NCBI GenBank assembly: GCA_001600695.1 | Contig: BCKQ01000005.1 | Location: 403,307-467,306 of the forward strand | DNA: 64,000 bases | Source of the DNA: Ascoidea asiatica JCM 7603 | Lineage: Eukaryota > Fungi > Ascomycota | Direction of reading: 5' to 3' | Shown here: piece after piece, positions 11,012 to 20,628 of the stretch | Numbering within the stretch: the stretch's first letter is position 1 | How the letters are laid out: each line of letters opens with the position of its first letter | The notes under the pieces: generated by a model | What the model saw: only the letters and a program-made list of their open reading frames with translations | What the model was told of the DNA's origin: nothing | The model's database searches: none | Made by a program: the position numbers and the translations under genes

Positions 11012-12313
11012 ATGGAGTCTACCTCAAAAACAATAATTGTTGTTGGTTGTGGTGCTTTCGGGCTTTCTACTATTATTGAATTATCTAGTAGATATCCAAG
11101 TTATAATATATTAGCCTTCGATGCCTATGAAATACCATCTCCAATCGCTGCTGCTAATGATTACAACAAAATTATAAGAACAGAATATTCGGACATTGAT
11201 TATACAAAATTAGCTGTTGAAGCTTTAAATCATTGGGAGTCTAATCCAATATATTCCAAAAATTTTCATAAAACTGGAAGATTAATCATCTCTCCTATTG
11301 ATTTAGAAAAAAATTCAACAAGATTAGACTTTGAAGAAAAAGGTATATCTAACTTAAAAAGGATTGGAATTGATATAACTAAAAATATTACAAGATATAA
11401 GAGTGGTAAAGACATTTCCTCGAATTTTGCCCATTTTAAAAATAATAAATTAGATAAAATTGATGCCAAATTCAATAAAGATGCAGGTTATGCCCATTCT
11501 GCGAATACTTTAATTTCTGCTTATAATTTTTGTAAAACAAAAAAAAATATTAAATTTTATCTTGGTGGTTCATTAGGAAAAATCATCAAAATCAATTCTA
11601 ATAATGTCATTAACAAAGAAGGTAAGAAGTTTTTTGGTGACAGAATTGTAATTACTTCTGGTGCTGCTTCTTCTTATTTATTAGATTTTCAAAATCAGTT
11701 AAAAGCAACTGGCTTGTTTGTAACTCATTTACAATTATCTGAAAGTGAATACGAAAAGTTCGAAGATATGCCTGTCTTCTTTTGGTCTGAAAGGGGTTAT
11801 TTTTTCCCTCCTGATCCAATAGATCATAAACTAAAATTTGCTTTAACATTTATTGATACAAATAACACAATTCAATCTCCTTTTGATTCAAATTCTTTAA
11901 TATCTTTGCCTAGATATAAAACTGATTTTAAGAATGATACTTGTCCAATAGAAAGTGATTACTATCTTAGATCTTTATTATCTGATATTATTCCAGAATT
12001 GTCAAATCATCCATTAATTGATTCTAAATGTTGTTGGATTTCTGACACTGTTGATTCCAATTTTTTAATAGATAAAGTCCCTTATTTATCTAATGTCTTT
12101 GTAGCAACAGGTGATTCAGGTCATGGTTTCAAATTTATGCCAAATATTGGCCAATATATTGTAGATAGAATCGAAAACAAACTATCAAATTCCCTTAAAA
12201 AAAAATGGAAATGGAGAACAAACCCTCAATGGCCCACTAGAATAGGCTACAGAAATCAGCGTCTACATTTAGAAATGAATCAATTACTCTTTAGGTTAGA
12301 GCCAAAACTATAA
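11012..12313 (+). CDS. FAD-dependent amine oxidase (fructosyl-amino-acid / L-saccharopine / sarcosine oxidase family)
   Basis: N-terminal Rossmann motif VVGCGAFGLST, AAANDYNKIIRTEY, CWISDTVDSNFLID, ATGDSGHGFKFMPNIG, KWKWR. Confidence 0.88.
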   Translation: MESTSKTIIVVGCGAFGLSTIIELSSRYPSYNILAFDAYEIPSPIAAANDYNKIIRTEYSDIDYTKLAVEALNHWESNPIYSKNFHKTGRLIISPIDLEKNSTRLDFEEKGISNLKRIGIDITKNITRYKSGKDISSNFAHFKNNKLDKIDAKFNKDAGYAHSANTLISAYNFCKTKKNIKFYLGGSLGKIIKINSNNVINKEGKKFFGDRIVITSGAASSYLLDFQNQLKATGLFVTHLQLSESEYEKFEDMPVFFWSERGYFFPPDPIDHKLKFALTFIDTNNTIQSPFDSNSLISLPRYKTDFKNDTCPIESDYYLRSLLSDIIPELSNHPLIDSKCCWISDTVDSNFLIDKVPYLSNVFVATGDSGHGFKFMPNIGQYIVDRIENKLSNSLKKKWKWRTNPQWPTRIGYRNQRLHLEMNQLLFRLEPKL

Positions 12314-12671
12314 TCCCTATTTTTATTCAATATTCTTTATTTTTTTCCAACCTACATTCAAATAACTAAACTTTTATAAAAGACATTAGAATCAATAGAA
12401 AATATAAAATAAATAGTAAAAATTCAACACTATCAAGATTATAAATCGCAAATGCATAGAGTAAAAATATATGAACTTAATCAAAATACTAATATCAAAG
12501 AATAGTAAACTCATCACTCATAACGGCTAACTTCTACCATAAGAAAAAATGAATTGAATTAGAAAGAGAGGATAAACAAAAAAATTGAAATTCTACATTG
12601 AAGCAGAGTTGATATATTCCTCATTGAGTATCAAAAATATAAATTTATTTAAAAAATTCTTGGACATAATT

Positions 12672-15600
12672 TCATTTTCTATAGTCATATATATCATCTA
12701 ATAATGGTTCTATTATTCGAGTTTCTTTTTTTTCAAATTCATTTTCAATTTTTAATTTTTTAACTACTTTGAAATATATACCATTTAGTACTAAAATTCT
12801 TAACTCAGGTAGAATTGTAACAAAATAATTGAGATATTCTTTGAGACAATGAACAAATAATGTAATGAAAAGTTCGTATTCATTGAAATTTGGCTGCACC
12901 GGTAAATTCCTATCTTCATTGTATAAGTCAGTAAGCACACTTGTTTTAACATCATAAGAAAAACATTTCACGAAATTTAAAAAATTTAAATTCACTTCAT
13001 TTTCAAAATTAGAACTATTTAAGTTGGCTTGCAATTCTTTCAAAATTTCGCTATAAAAATTAGATAGTTTTTCTGGAGGATCATTTGAAAATGTCAATAT
13101 GAGTCTCTTTAATTTTCGTCTAGTCAATTTGCAATGATAACATTTGCAAGTTTTGAAGAAAGTGGTAATGAGTTCAAAATTTGATATAAAGAATTGTTGA
13201 AAAAAATTGGGCAAAATTAAGGTTGTAAGCTTTTTCATCGAAAATCTAAGCGGATTGAAAAAAGAAAAAAGATAATAGTTATATCCGTTTTTGAAATTTT
13301 CTTCAAAATTACAACTAATTTCGTTTAGTTCAAATTCTGCCAAAACATGGAAACCTTTGCCAGAAAGAAGGTTATATTTCTTTAATACAGAAATATTTTC
13401 ATTAAAACTTTTTGAATATCGATTTTTTTCAGAAACTTTCTCAACGGTCTCCCTGTTTTCATCCACAAATTCAGAATCATAGTCAGCAAATTTAGAATCC
13501 TCATTTTCTTCCAGAAAATAAGATACATCTGAATCAGAATACCCAACTTTTGAGGGATTTTCGGAAGAATCAAACATACCTACAGAGTCAATTTGTTGGT
13601 TAGGATCCAGTTTATTAGAAGATTCAAAAGATATTTGGAAGCTTTCATCAGGAACAGATATTTCAGCGGTGTCATTTTCTTGAACATCTTTCAAGCAAAT
13701 GTTTTCATCGGGAGAAGATGAAGAGTGTGTTGCCTTACTACCAAACTTAGAGAAGGATTTAAAAATATTACTTTGAACAGAATTTTTTTTTTTGGAATTT
13801 AGATTAAATGAAGGAAAAGATTCGATATCCGATACGGAAAAACTGGGATTTTTGTAGATTTTAGAAAATTCACTGAAACTTTGACCAGAATTTTTCACAG
13901 GAAGTCCATTACTATCTTCAGTTATAATATAATTACTAATTGACTCACAATCAGATACCACTGTTGGAAGACTTTGGGGTGCTATTTGCAAACTGTTATT
14001 AATATTCGAACGAGGAGATTTAGTTCGATCTTTATCAATTTTATCAGACAAAATAGTATGGTCAGTTAGTTTGTTATGATTAGCGGGTAGGGTTTTGAAC
14101 TTTAATTCGGCTTTCATATTAGGAGTACAATCTTTTTCTAATATAGTGCCTTTCTTTAGTTTAGCGCAGCTAGAATTATTTTCTTTATTCGTATCTACCG
14201 ATAAATGTAAAGTATCTGATTTGGAAACCTCAGGCCAGTAGGTAGGAATATCACTGGAAAATAAATAAAGATAAAAGAATTCAAGATTTAGTAAGGGCAA
14301 AAGACTTTTTTGAACAGTTATGTAACAATCTTGAATGTACGTGAAGTAAGGTAATTTACCATCGTTTTCTTTATTTAAAGTCTTATTAACTTTGTTCATT
14401 TTCCCTAATGAAAATTCCTTTTGCAAATTATTTGGTTTCATTTTTGAGTTAAAATTTTCATTTTGACTAAATTTCTCTTCATCATTCAAACAATCGACTG
14501 GGAAAGTCAAAAATTTATCAAAGGAATTTTTAGGAAAATAATTTACTGCCTCTGATATCGGTTGCTTTACCTCTGTTTTACCAGTTAAATTTAATTTGGA
14601 TATTTCTTCTTCATTAGCAAGAGTACAGTGAACTTGCTCTTCCGTTGTAAAATAATCTCCTTCAGCTGTAAGATCATTTATACTATGTATAAAAGTAGAA
14701 TTATCAAAAGAGTTTGAATTCAAGCTGTCTTGATTATTATCGAACCAAACGCCATCAATCAAAATATAATTTTCGCCTCTCGAATCCTGATTTGTTATAT
14801 TCGTAAAATTATTACGAAGCTTATTAGCTACAGCATTTTCTTCATCGCTAAGAGAAAATTCCCCTGATGAGGAAGCTTGCTTTTCTGTAGCCGAGAGAGT
14901 CCCTGTATGAAAATCAGTTTCATTTTCCTCTACCAGCAGCAAATCTTCAGGAAAAATTGAATTCTTTTCTGAGAGAGAATATCTTATGTCACCATTGTTG
15001 AAACCATATTTGAAAGTATTATTTTGATTGACTGGCTTCAACTTTAAAGCAAGCTTTTTCAATCCATACAATTTAGAAACAAATGATTCAATCAAATGAA
15101 AAAAGCAAAAATTACAATAACAGCTGCTCTTTGTATCGTTCTTGGACATATTTTTATCAATGCTTTCAGATAAAGTTTGTGAGCAGTAAAAATTTAATTC
15201 CAAAGATATTAAGTTATTCGATAACATCAGCAAAAGAGAATCATCTATATCATAGAATTTATAATTGTTTGATTTATTGGAGAGTTCTGATTCAGAAGAG
15301 GATGAAATATCGGAGAAAGATGATAAACTGGAGGCAACCCCCAAGAAATTGTTATCTTTACTATTGTTGCTTAAAAATGATTTTTCACCGACATGAAAAT
15401 TTTTGATTATCAAAGCATTTAGCACTGTGAAGTCAAAACATTTTTTTTTCATTTGGCTTAAAATTTTCAAAGGGTAAGTGGATTCATAATATACATATGT
15501 TTCTTCAACATCAGGGAGTAATAAATTTGATTTCAGTGATGATCTTTCTGAAAAACCATCTATTGAACTTTCAGATTGGTGAATGAACGTAGGGCATTCT

Positions 15601-18600
15601 CTTTCAGATACGGTTTGAAAATTATTATTAGAGGTACGACATATATTAGATCTTTCCTGTTTCTCATATATTTTGCTAGTTGTGGAAATTATACTTTCGT
15701 TTTGAACTTTGATTTCAACATCAGATTCATCCTCCGAGCTGCACTCCAAAGAACTGACGAGGCTTTCCTCATCGTTAAAATCGTCCACGAAAAATATTTC
15801 CTGTTTATTAATGGGTATTTTAGCAGCATTGATAGTACTTGAAATTTCTTTTTTTTGCAAACAATCTCTATCAGGTTTTGTGATAACAGAATCACTGAAA
15901 GAATTACAAGTTGCATTAATTAACAAATTAACTTTGCTATTTCTATGATAGTTGCTAATAACCAAATATTTCACATTTTTGAAATCCGAATAAGACGTAA
16001 GTTTCAAAAAGTGCTTAGTAAAACTATCCTGAAAGTCATACTCTCCAGAATAAACTACTTCATAATTTAAGTACAAATTTAGCTCAGTTAAATATTCGGG
16101 TTTTAGTTGGCTTGACTGTAGTATTTTTGAGTTAGGAATAAAGTTGAAAGAAAAATTTTGAAGCCCAAAATATAGCTCCGGATTTTGAGTAAAAGTGTTA
16201 TACTTAAATTGATTTATATTGTCGAAATAGCTAGAAAGACCATCCATTCTATCAAAATTTTCACCAAAGTTATAAATGTATAGGTACGATAACTTTTTTA
16301 GACTAGCTAAAATCAAAGATAGATAGCCGGCTTGACTACTATTAAGCTCATTGTAGGAACCTATAATTAATCCTTTCAAAAGATTTGCCAAAGAAGGATT
16401 GCAAGAGACTAGTTTCCAAAGTAGTTCTATTTTTTTGTTTGAAACGTAAGTGAAATTCGAATCAAAATAGATTCCATTGGAATATAGAGGCACTCTAAAT
16501 GCTGTTTTCAAATTGGATAAAACAGATTTTGTTTCTTTTCGACGAGTGAAATAATGAAGATTCTTATTTTTAGTGGGGAGAATTATATCCTGAAATTGGT
16601 GGCTCCCATAATTACCTCTAATATAAATGTTTCGAAAAAGTTTTTCTTGACAGTAACCATATACTCGTTTATTAGTTACAGCTAGTCTTCGTAAATCATA
16701 TTGGTTTAAAAAGCAGACAATTGTTCTAAGTATTTCTTTTGGAAGCTTAGCTAAAGGAATTTTAAATCTGTTTCTTGAGTTTTTTTTTTTTTTTTTAAAA
16801 GAGCTGTTAGCGTTTTTTTTCTTATTAGAAGCTAGTTTAGTTGGAGTAGGGGTAATAACTTTCTTTTTCAATGTGCAACTTTTGAAATCATTATAATCTG
16901 AGTCTTCCGAATCAGAGAATGGCTGTTTCAAAGTAGTTAAGGATTTTAATTTTTTTCCCTTAGAATTGAGAAAAGATAAATATTTCTTCAACCTTTTGGG
17001 CTTGAAATAAAGTCTCACCCGATATGAAGGCACTCTTTCCCAACTATCTTCTTTTATTTCTTTTGACTCGATGAGTATAATCGATTCCGAATCAGAACTA
17101 AACTCTGACGATATATCAATAATCAACTCTTCTGTAATAGTTTTAACTTCTTTATTTTGACATTCTTTTAAATCAGCTAAATTCTCGGTTTTATCAATTT
17201 TCAAGGTTAAGCTTTTTTCACCGTCCGCGTTATTTTCAAAGTTTTCAGAGATACTTTCTTTCAATCCATTTCCATTAATTGTACAGGTTTGGATGGTATT
17301 TTCCAAAGAAACATTATCTTGATTTTTCTGAATATTAATCTTTTCAATTAGTTGGGGCTTTAATTGATTAATAGGCAATGTACTTTCATAGTTTATGTTT
17401 TCAACTTGTTTTTTTGTATTAATGCCCATAGAAGTTATAACCGGAAAGCAAGAAGACTTTTGAATTTCTTGATTCTGTTGAAAAAAATCCTTTTGCTCAT
17501 TTTCTACTTTAATTTGAGCAAAAGGATGTTGAGCTTGGATCTTGTTCAATGTTTCAGTTTGAGCCATATTATTCAACGATTTACTTAAGTGTTCGTTGTT
17601 TTTATTTATTGTTTCAGTTACTGAATTCTGAAAATCAATCTTAGAATAATAGCTTTCATTTGACATATTACAGTTTGTGAAGGAAGAATGGGGGAAATTT
17701 GAATTCTGTGCGAATTCAAAATTTAAGTTTTTATTCAAAAGATTTTGAGAGCCTGTTTTAAAAGAGTGTAATTGATTGAGATTAGAGCTATTCATTTGAA
17801 AATTGTTGATATGGGAATTGCTTTTAAGCTGCAGATTACTTATTTTTGGAACATTGCTATGAACATTAGGAGCATTATAAAAGCCATTAGGAATATTATA
17901 ACAAGCATTAGGGTTATTGTAATAAGCATTGTAATTAGTATTAGGGTTATTTCTATTTCTATTATTGGGTTGAATAGTGTTATAGTTATTTATTTGAAAA
18001 TTGTTGTTGTTTTGAAAATTTATATTTTGTAAATTGTTTTTACAGTTGCGAAAATTATAATCATCGACTTCAGTATATACTTTTCTATTGACAGAGTTTT
18101 GCGGATTGTTGCTACCTGGGAAACATTGGTGATTGTAAGGTTGAATGTTTGGATTGATGTTTTGATAAGTATTTTGAAAATTATTCTCATAGTAATTCTG
18201 ATACTTAATATCATGAGAATCAGTGTAAATATTATTTTCGAAATTATTCAGATATTTTTTATTTTCACTATTATTACCTAAAGAAATGTTATTATTGTAT
18301 CTCCAATTCAGATTTCTTGAAGAGTTATTTACTTCAGGCGCTAATTTCGATGAAGGAGTATTATTATAGATTTCTGGACTTATGATTGTGTAAGAGTTAT
18401 GTAAGTTTAAGATTTGATTAGGCCTTTCTAAGCAAATATTGGAATTAGAATTTACGGAAGAAGAACACTGATACATAGGTTTATTAATAATGCTTTGAGG
18501 TTGAGTGTTGGCATTAGGTAAATTATTTATTGATAATAAAGTTTGATTGGCCATTAAATATGATTTCTTATTGGCTGAAATATTGGAATTTGGATAATTA

Positions 18601-18854
18601 AAATAGTTATTCTGAGTGATATTTCCATTGGATTTCATCATATAAATGGGAGATTTAAGATTCTGATTTATACTTACATTACTTGGAATCAAATTTTGTT
18701 GATTAAAAGAGTTTAGGCTTATTGGATCATTTTGAAAGCACGTATGTGTTGAATTATTAGATTGATAAGGAGTTTGAGTTTCAGATTGCCAATTAGAATC
18801 TTGTAGATTACTATCCAATTGAGCTGGATCATTTAATAGAAAGTTTATGTTCAT
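12672..18854 (-). CDS. Very large (2060 aa) F-box protein, Roy1/Ymr258c-like, with Asn/Gln/Tyr-rich N-terminal extension
   Basis: F-box LPKEILRTIVCFLNQYDLRRLAVTNKRVYGYCQEKLFRNIYI at about aa 707-750, followed by FDSNFTYVS. C-terminal TCKCYHC and HCLKEYLNYFVTILPELRILVLNGIYF...IYD resemble Roy1 as recalled. First ATG at 18854. Confidence 0.65.
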   Translation of the reverse strand: MNINFLLNDPAQLDSNLQDSNWQSETQTPYQSNNSTHTCFQNDPISLNSFNQQNLIPSNVSINQNLKSPIYMMKSNGNITQNNYFNYPNSNISANKKSYLMANQTLLSINNLPNANTQPQSIINKPMYQCSSSVNSNSNICLERPNQILNLHNSYTIISPEIYNNTPSSKLAPEVNNSSRNLNWRYNNNISLGNNSENKKYLNNFENNIYTDSHDIKYQNYYENNFQNTYQNINPNIQPYNHQCFPGSNNPQNSVNRKVYTEVDDYNFRNCKNNLQNINFQNNNNFQINNYNTIQPNNRNRNNPNTNYNAYYNNPNACYNIPNGFYNAPNVHSNVPKISNLQLKSNSHINNFQMNSSNLNQLHSFKTGSQNLLNKNLNFEFAQNSNFPHSSFTNCNMSNESYYSKIDFQNSVTETINKNNEHLSKSLNNMAQTETLNKIQAQHPFAQIKVENEQKDFFQQNQEIQKSSCFPVITSMGINTKKQVENINYESTLPINQLKPQLIEKINIQKNQDNVSLENTIQTCTINGNGLKESISENFENNADGEKSLTLKIDKTENLADLKECQNKEVKTITEELIIDISSEFSSDSESIILIESKEIKEDSWERVPSYRVRLYFKPKRLKKYLSFLNSKGKKLKSLTTLKQPFSDSEDSDYNDFKSCTLKKKVITPTPTKLASNKKKNANSSFKKKKKNSRNRFKIPLAKLPKEILRTIVCFLNQYDLRRLAVTNKRVYGYCQEKLFRNIYIRGNYGSHQFQDIILPTKNKNLHYFTRRKETKSVLSNLKTAFRVPLYSNGIYFDSNFTYVSNKKIELLWKLVSCNPSLANLLKGLIIGSYNELNSSQAGYLSLILASLKKLSYLYIYNFGENFDRMDGLSSYFDNINQFKYNTFTQNPELYFGLQNFSFNFIPNSKILQSSQLKPEYLTELNLYLNYEVVYSGEYDFQDSFTKHFLKLTSYSDFKNVKYLVISNYHRNSKVNLLINATCNSFSDSVITKPDRDCLQKKEISSTINAAKIPINKQEIFFVDDFNDEESLVSSLECSSEDESDVEIKVQNESIISTTSKIYEKQERSNICRTSNNNFQTVSERECPTFIHQSESSIDGFSERSSLKSNLLLPDVEETYVYYESTYPLKILSQMKKKCFDFTVLNALIIKNFHVGEKSFLSNNSKDNNFLGVASSLSSFSDISSSSESELSNKSNNYKFYDIDDSLLLMLSNNLISLELNFYCSQTLSESIDKNMSKNDTKSSCYCNFCFFHLIESFVSKLYGLKKLALKLKPVNQNNTFKYGFNNGDIRYSLSEKNSIFPEDLLLVEENETDFHTGTLSATEKQASSSGEFSLSDEENAVANKLRNNFTNITNQDSRGENYILIDGVWFDNNQDSLNSNSFDNSTFIHSINDLTAEGDYFTTEEQVHCTLANEEEISKLNLTGKTEVKQPISEAVNYFPKNSFDKFLTFPVDCLNDEEKFSQNENFNSKMKPNNLQKEFSLGKMNKVNKTLNKENDGKLPYFTYIQDCYITVQKSLLPLLNLEFFYLYLFSSDIPTYWPEVSKSDTLHLSVDTNKENNSSCAKLKKGTILEKDCTPNMKAELKFKTLPANHNKLTDHTILSDKIDKDRTKSPRSNINNSLQIAPQSLPTVVSDCESISNYIITEDSNGLPVKNSGQSFSEFSKIYKNPSFSVSDIESFPSFNLNSKKKNSVQSNIFKSFSKFGSKATHSSSSPDENICLKDVQENDTAEISVPDESFQISFESSNKLDPNQQIDSVGMFDSSENPSKVGYSDSDVSYFLEENEDSKFADYDSEFVDENRETVEKVSEKNRYSKSFNENISVLKKYNLLSGKGFHVLAEFELNEISCNFEENFKNGYNYYLFSFFNPLRFSMKKLTTLILPNFFQQFFISNFELITTFFKTCKCYHCKLTRRKLKRLILTFSNDPPEKLSNFYSEILKELQANLNSSNFENEVNLNFLNFVKCFSYDVKTSVLTDLYNEDRNLPVQPNFNEYELFITLFVHCLKEYLNYFVTILPELRILVLNGIYFKVVKKLKIENEFEKKETRIIEPLLDDIYDYRK

Positions 18855-19633
18855 GAACAAAGGTTGGCTTCATTTATGCTTGCAAATTTTCAAATCTATG
18901 AAAGATTCTTTGTTAGCAAGTAATAAAAAGGAAAGCGAATATTTTTTGAACAAAATCAATTAGGTATAAAAACAAAAAACTGCATGAATCGAGTAAGGAT
19001 TGAAAAAAGATTGAATTGAAAGTGATAGTCAGTAAGCAACAATAATTGTAAAAAAATTCAAAGAAATGCAATTGAAATATCGATATCATAAGTTTATAAT
19101 AGTATTTTTAATTCTTGATAATATTTGTATCCGATAAATATTCCAAAATTTAAAGCTTCAATAGTTATTCAAAAGCAAATACAATGGAATAACGTTATTC
19201 AAGTTTTTCTGCACCGCTAAGGTTACAGTAATTTTGGTGGTTTATTGAAGTGGAAAACCACGAAAAGCTTTTTAAGTTAACTTTAAAGTGACCCGTTACA
19301 CTGGATTTGAAATAAATATTCAGCGGTAAGTATCGTTTATAATAGGTATAGAGTACGCAAGTATACTTAACTCTGCATATGTATTTTAGGACCAGACTTA
19401 GGGATGTTCTATTTGAAAATCATCTGGAACCTTCTTTTGATTCGTTTCCTTTATTGTAGTAATGAAAACACTGTTAGGCTATTTTTTAAAATCCTTTTTA
19501 TTAATCTTGAAAAAAGTTCAAAGAACATTTTGTTTATCTGGGTTAAATTCATTATCAGAAAAACTAAAAATAACACAATTTTCTTTTGTTTCTAAAATAT
19601 TATTATTCAAACTTACAAACATATTAAATCAAA

Positions 19634-20545
19634 ATGGATAAACTTTTGCAATGGTCAACTGCTCAAGGTGATTCCGAAGCTTCTAAAAAAGTAGGTGCAC
19701 CAGATCCAGAGCTTCTAGCCCAGCTATTTGGTCAAAAAATTGATGATCCGACTTTAATGGTTCAAAATTTCCAAGTAATCAACAATCCAGAATCAACCAT
19801 GGAGGCAAAAGAAATTGCTTTTGAAAATTTTGAAATGCTAATAGAAAACCTCGACAATGCTAATAATATACAAAATCTAAAATTATGGGAACCATTATTA
19901 AATCAATTGAAATCTCCCGAAACTTCTTTCAGAACTTTTGCATGCTCGATAATTGGAACGGCTGTTCAAAACAATCCACAATCTCAATTAAATTTCATTT
20001 CTTATGATAATTCTTTGAAATCCATTATTGATTTATGTTTAAATGATGATTCTGTCGATGTCAAATCTAAAGCATTATATGCTTTGTCTTCTCTTTGCAG
20101 ACAATGTAAGGAAGCCTGTGATGTTTTTAATACTAATAATGGTTGGGATATTTTTCCTTTTATTATTCAAAATCAATCTCTTTTTGAAAATAAAAAAATT
20201 CAGTTTCGAATACTATCTCTCTTATCTTCTTTAATATCAACAGGTTTTGATTCTCAGATGGAAAATTTCATTCATGACGAAAAAATTATTAGTTTATTGG
20301 AAAATTCAATCAGATCATATCTTCTGCCATCCTCAGCTCCAAATATCAATTGTATTGATAAAACAGTAAATATAATTTCACAATTGATAACTGAGAGTTG
20401 TAAATTCTATTCAAATGAAACTGACCTCATTGTATCTATATTCAAATTAGTTGATACAGTTAAAGATATGATATCTGACGAAGACTACAAGGTTTTAAAA
20501 ATATTTTCAAATGTTGCTTTCATAAAAAAAAGCAGAAATCTATAA
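19634..20545 (+). CDS. FES1: Hsp70 nucleotide exchange factor Fes1
   Basis: MDKLLQWS...PDPELLAQLFG, IAFENFEMLIENLDNANNIQNLKLWEPLL, IIGTAVQNNPQSQ, KALYALSSL. Confidence 0.96.
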   Translation: MDKLLQWSTAQGDSEASKKVGAPDPELLAQLFGQKIDDPTLMVQNFQVINNPESTMEAKEIAFENFEMLIENLDNANNIQNLKLWEPLLNQLKSPETSFRTFACSIIGTAVQNNPQSQLNFISYDNSLKSIIDLCLNDDSVDVKSKALYALSSLCRQCKEACDVFNTNNGWDIFPFIIQNQSLFENKKIQFRILSLLSSLISTGFDSQMENFIHDEKIISLLENSIRSYLLPSSAPNINCIDKTVNIISQLITESCKFYSNETDLIVSIFKLVDTVKDMISDEDYKVLKIFSNVAFIKKSRNL

Positions 20546-20628
20546 TTTTTTTTATAATTCAAATAATATATAGTCTCTAAGTATAATACAATAAAATTGC
20601 ATCTATTTTTGATTTTTTTTGTCTCTCT

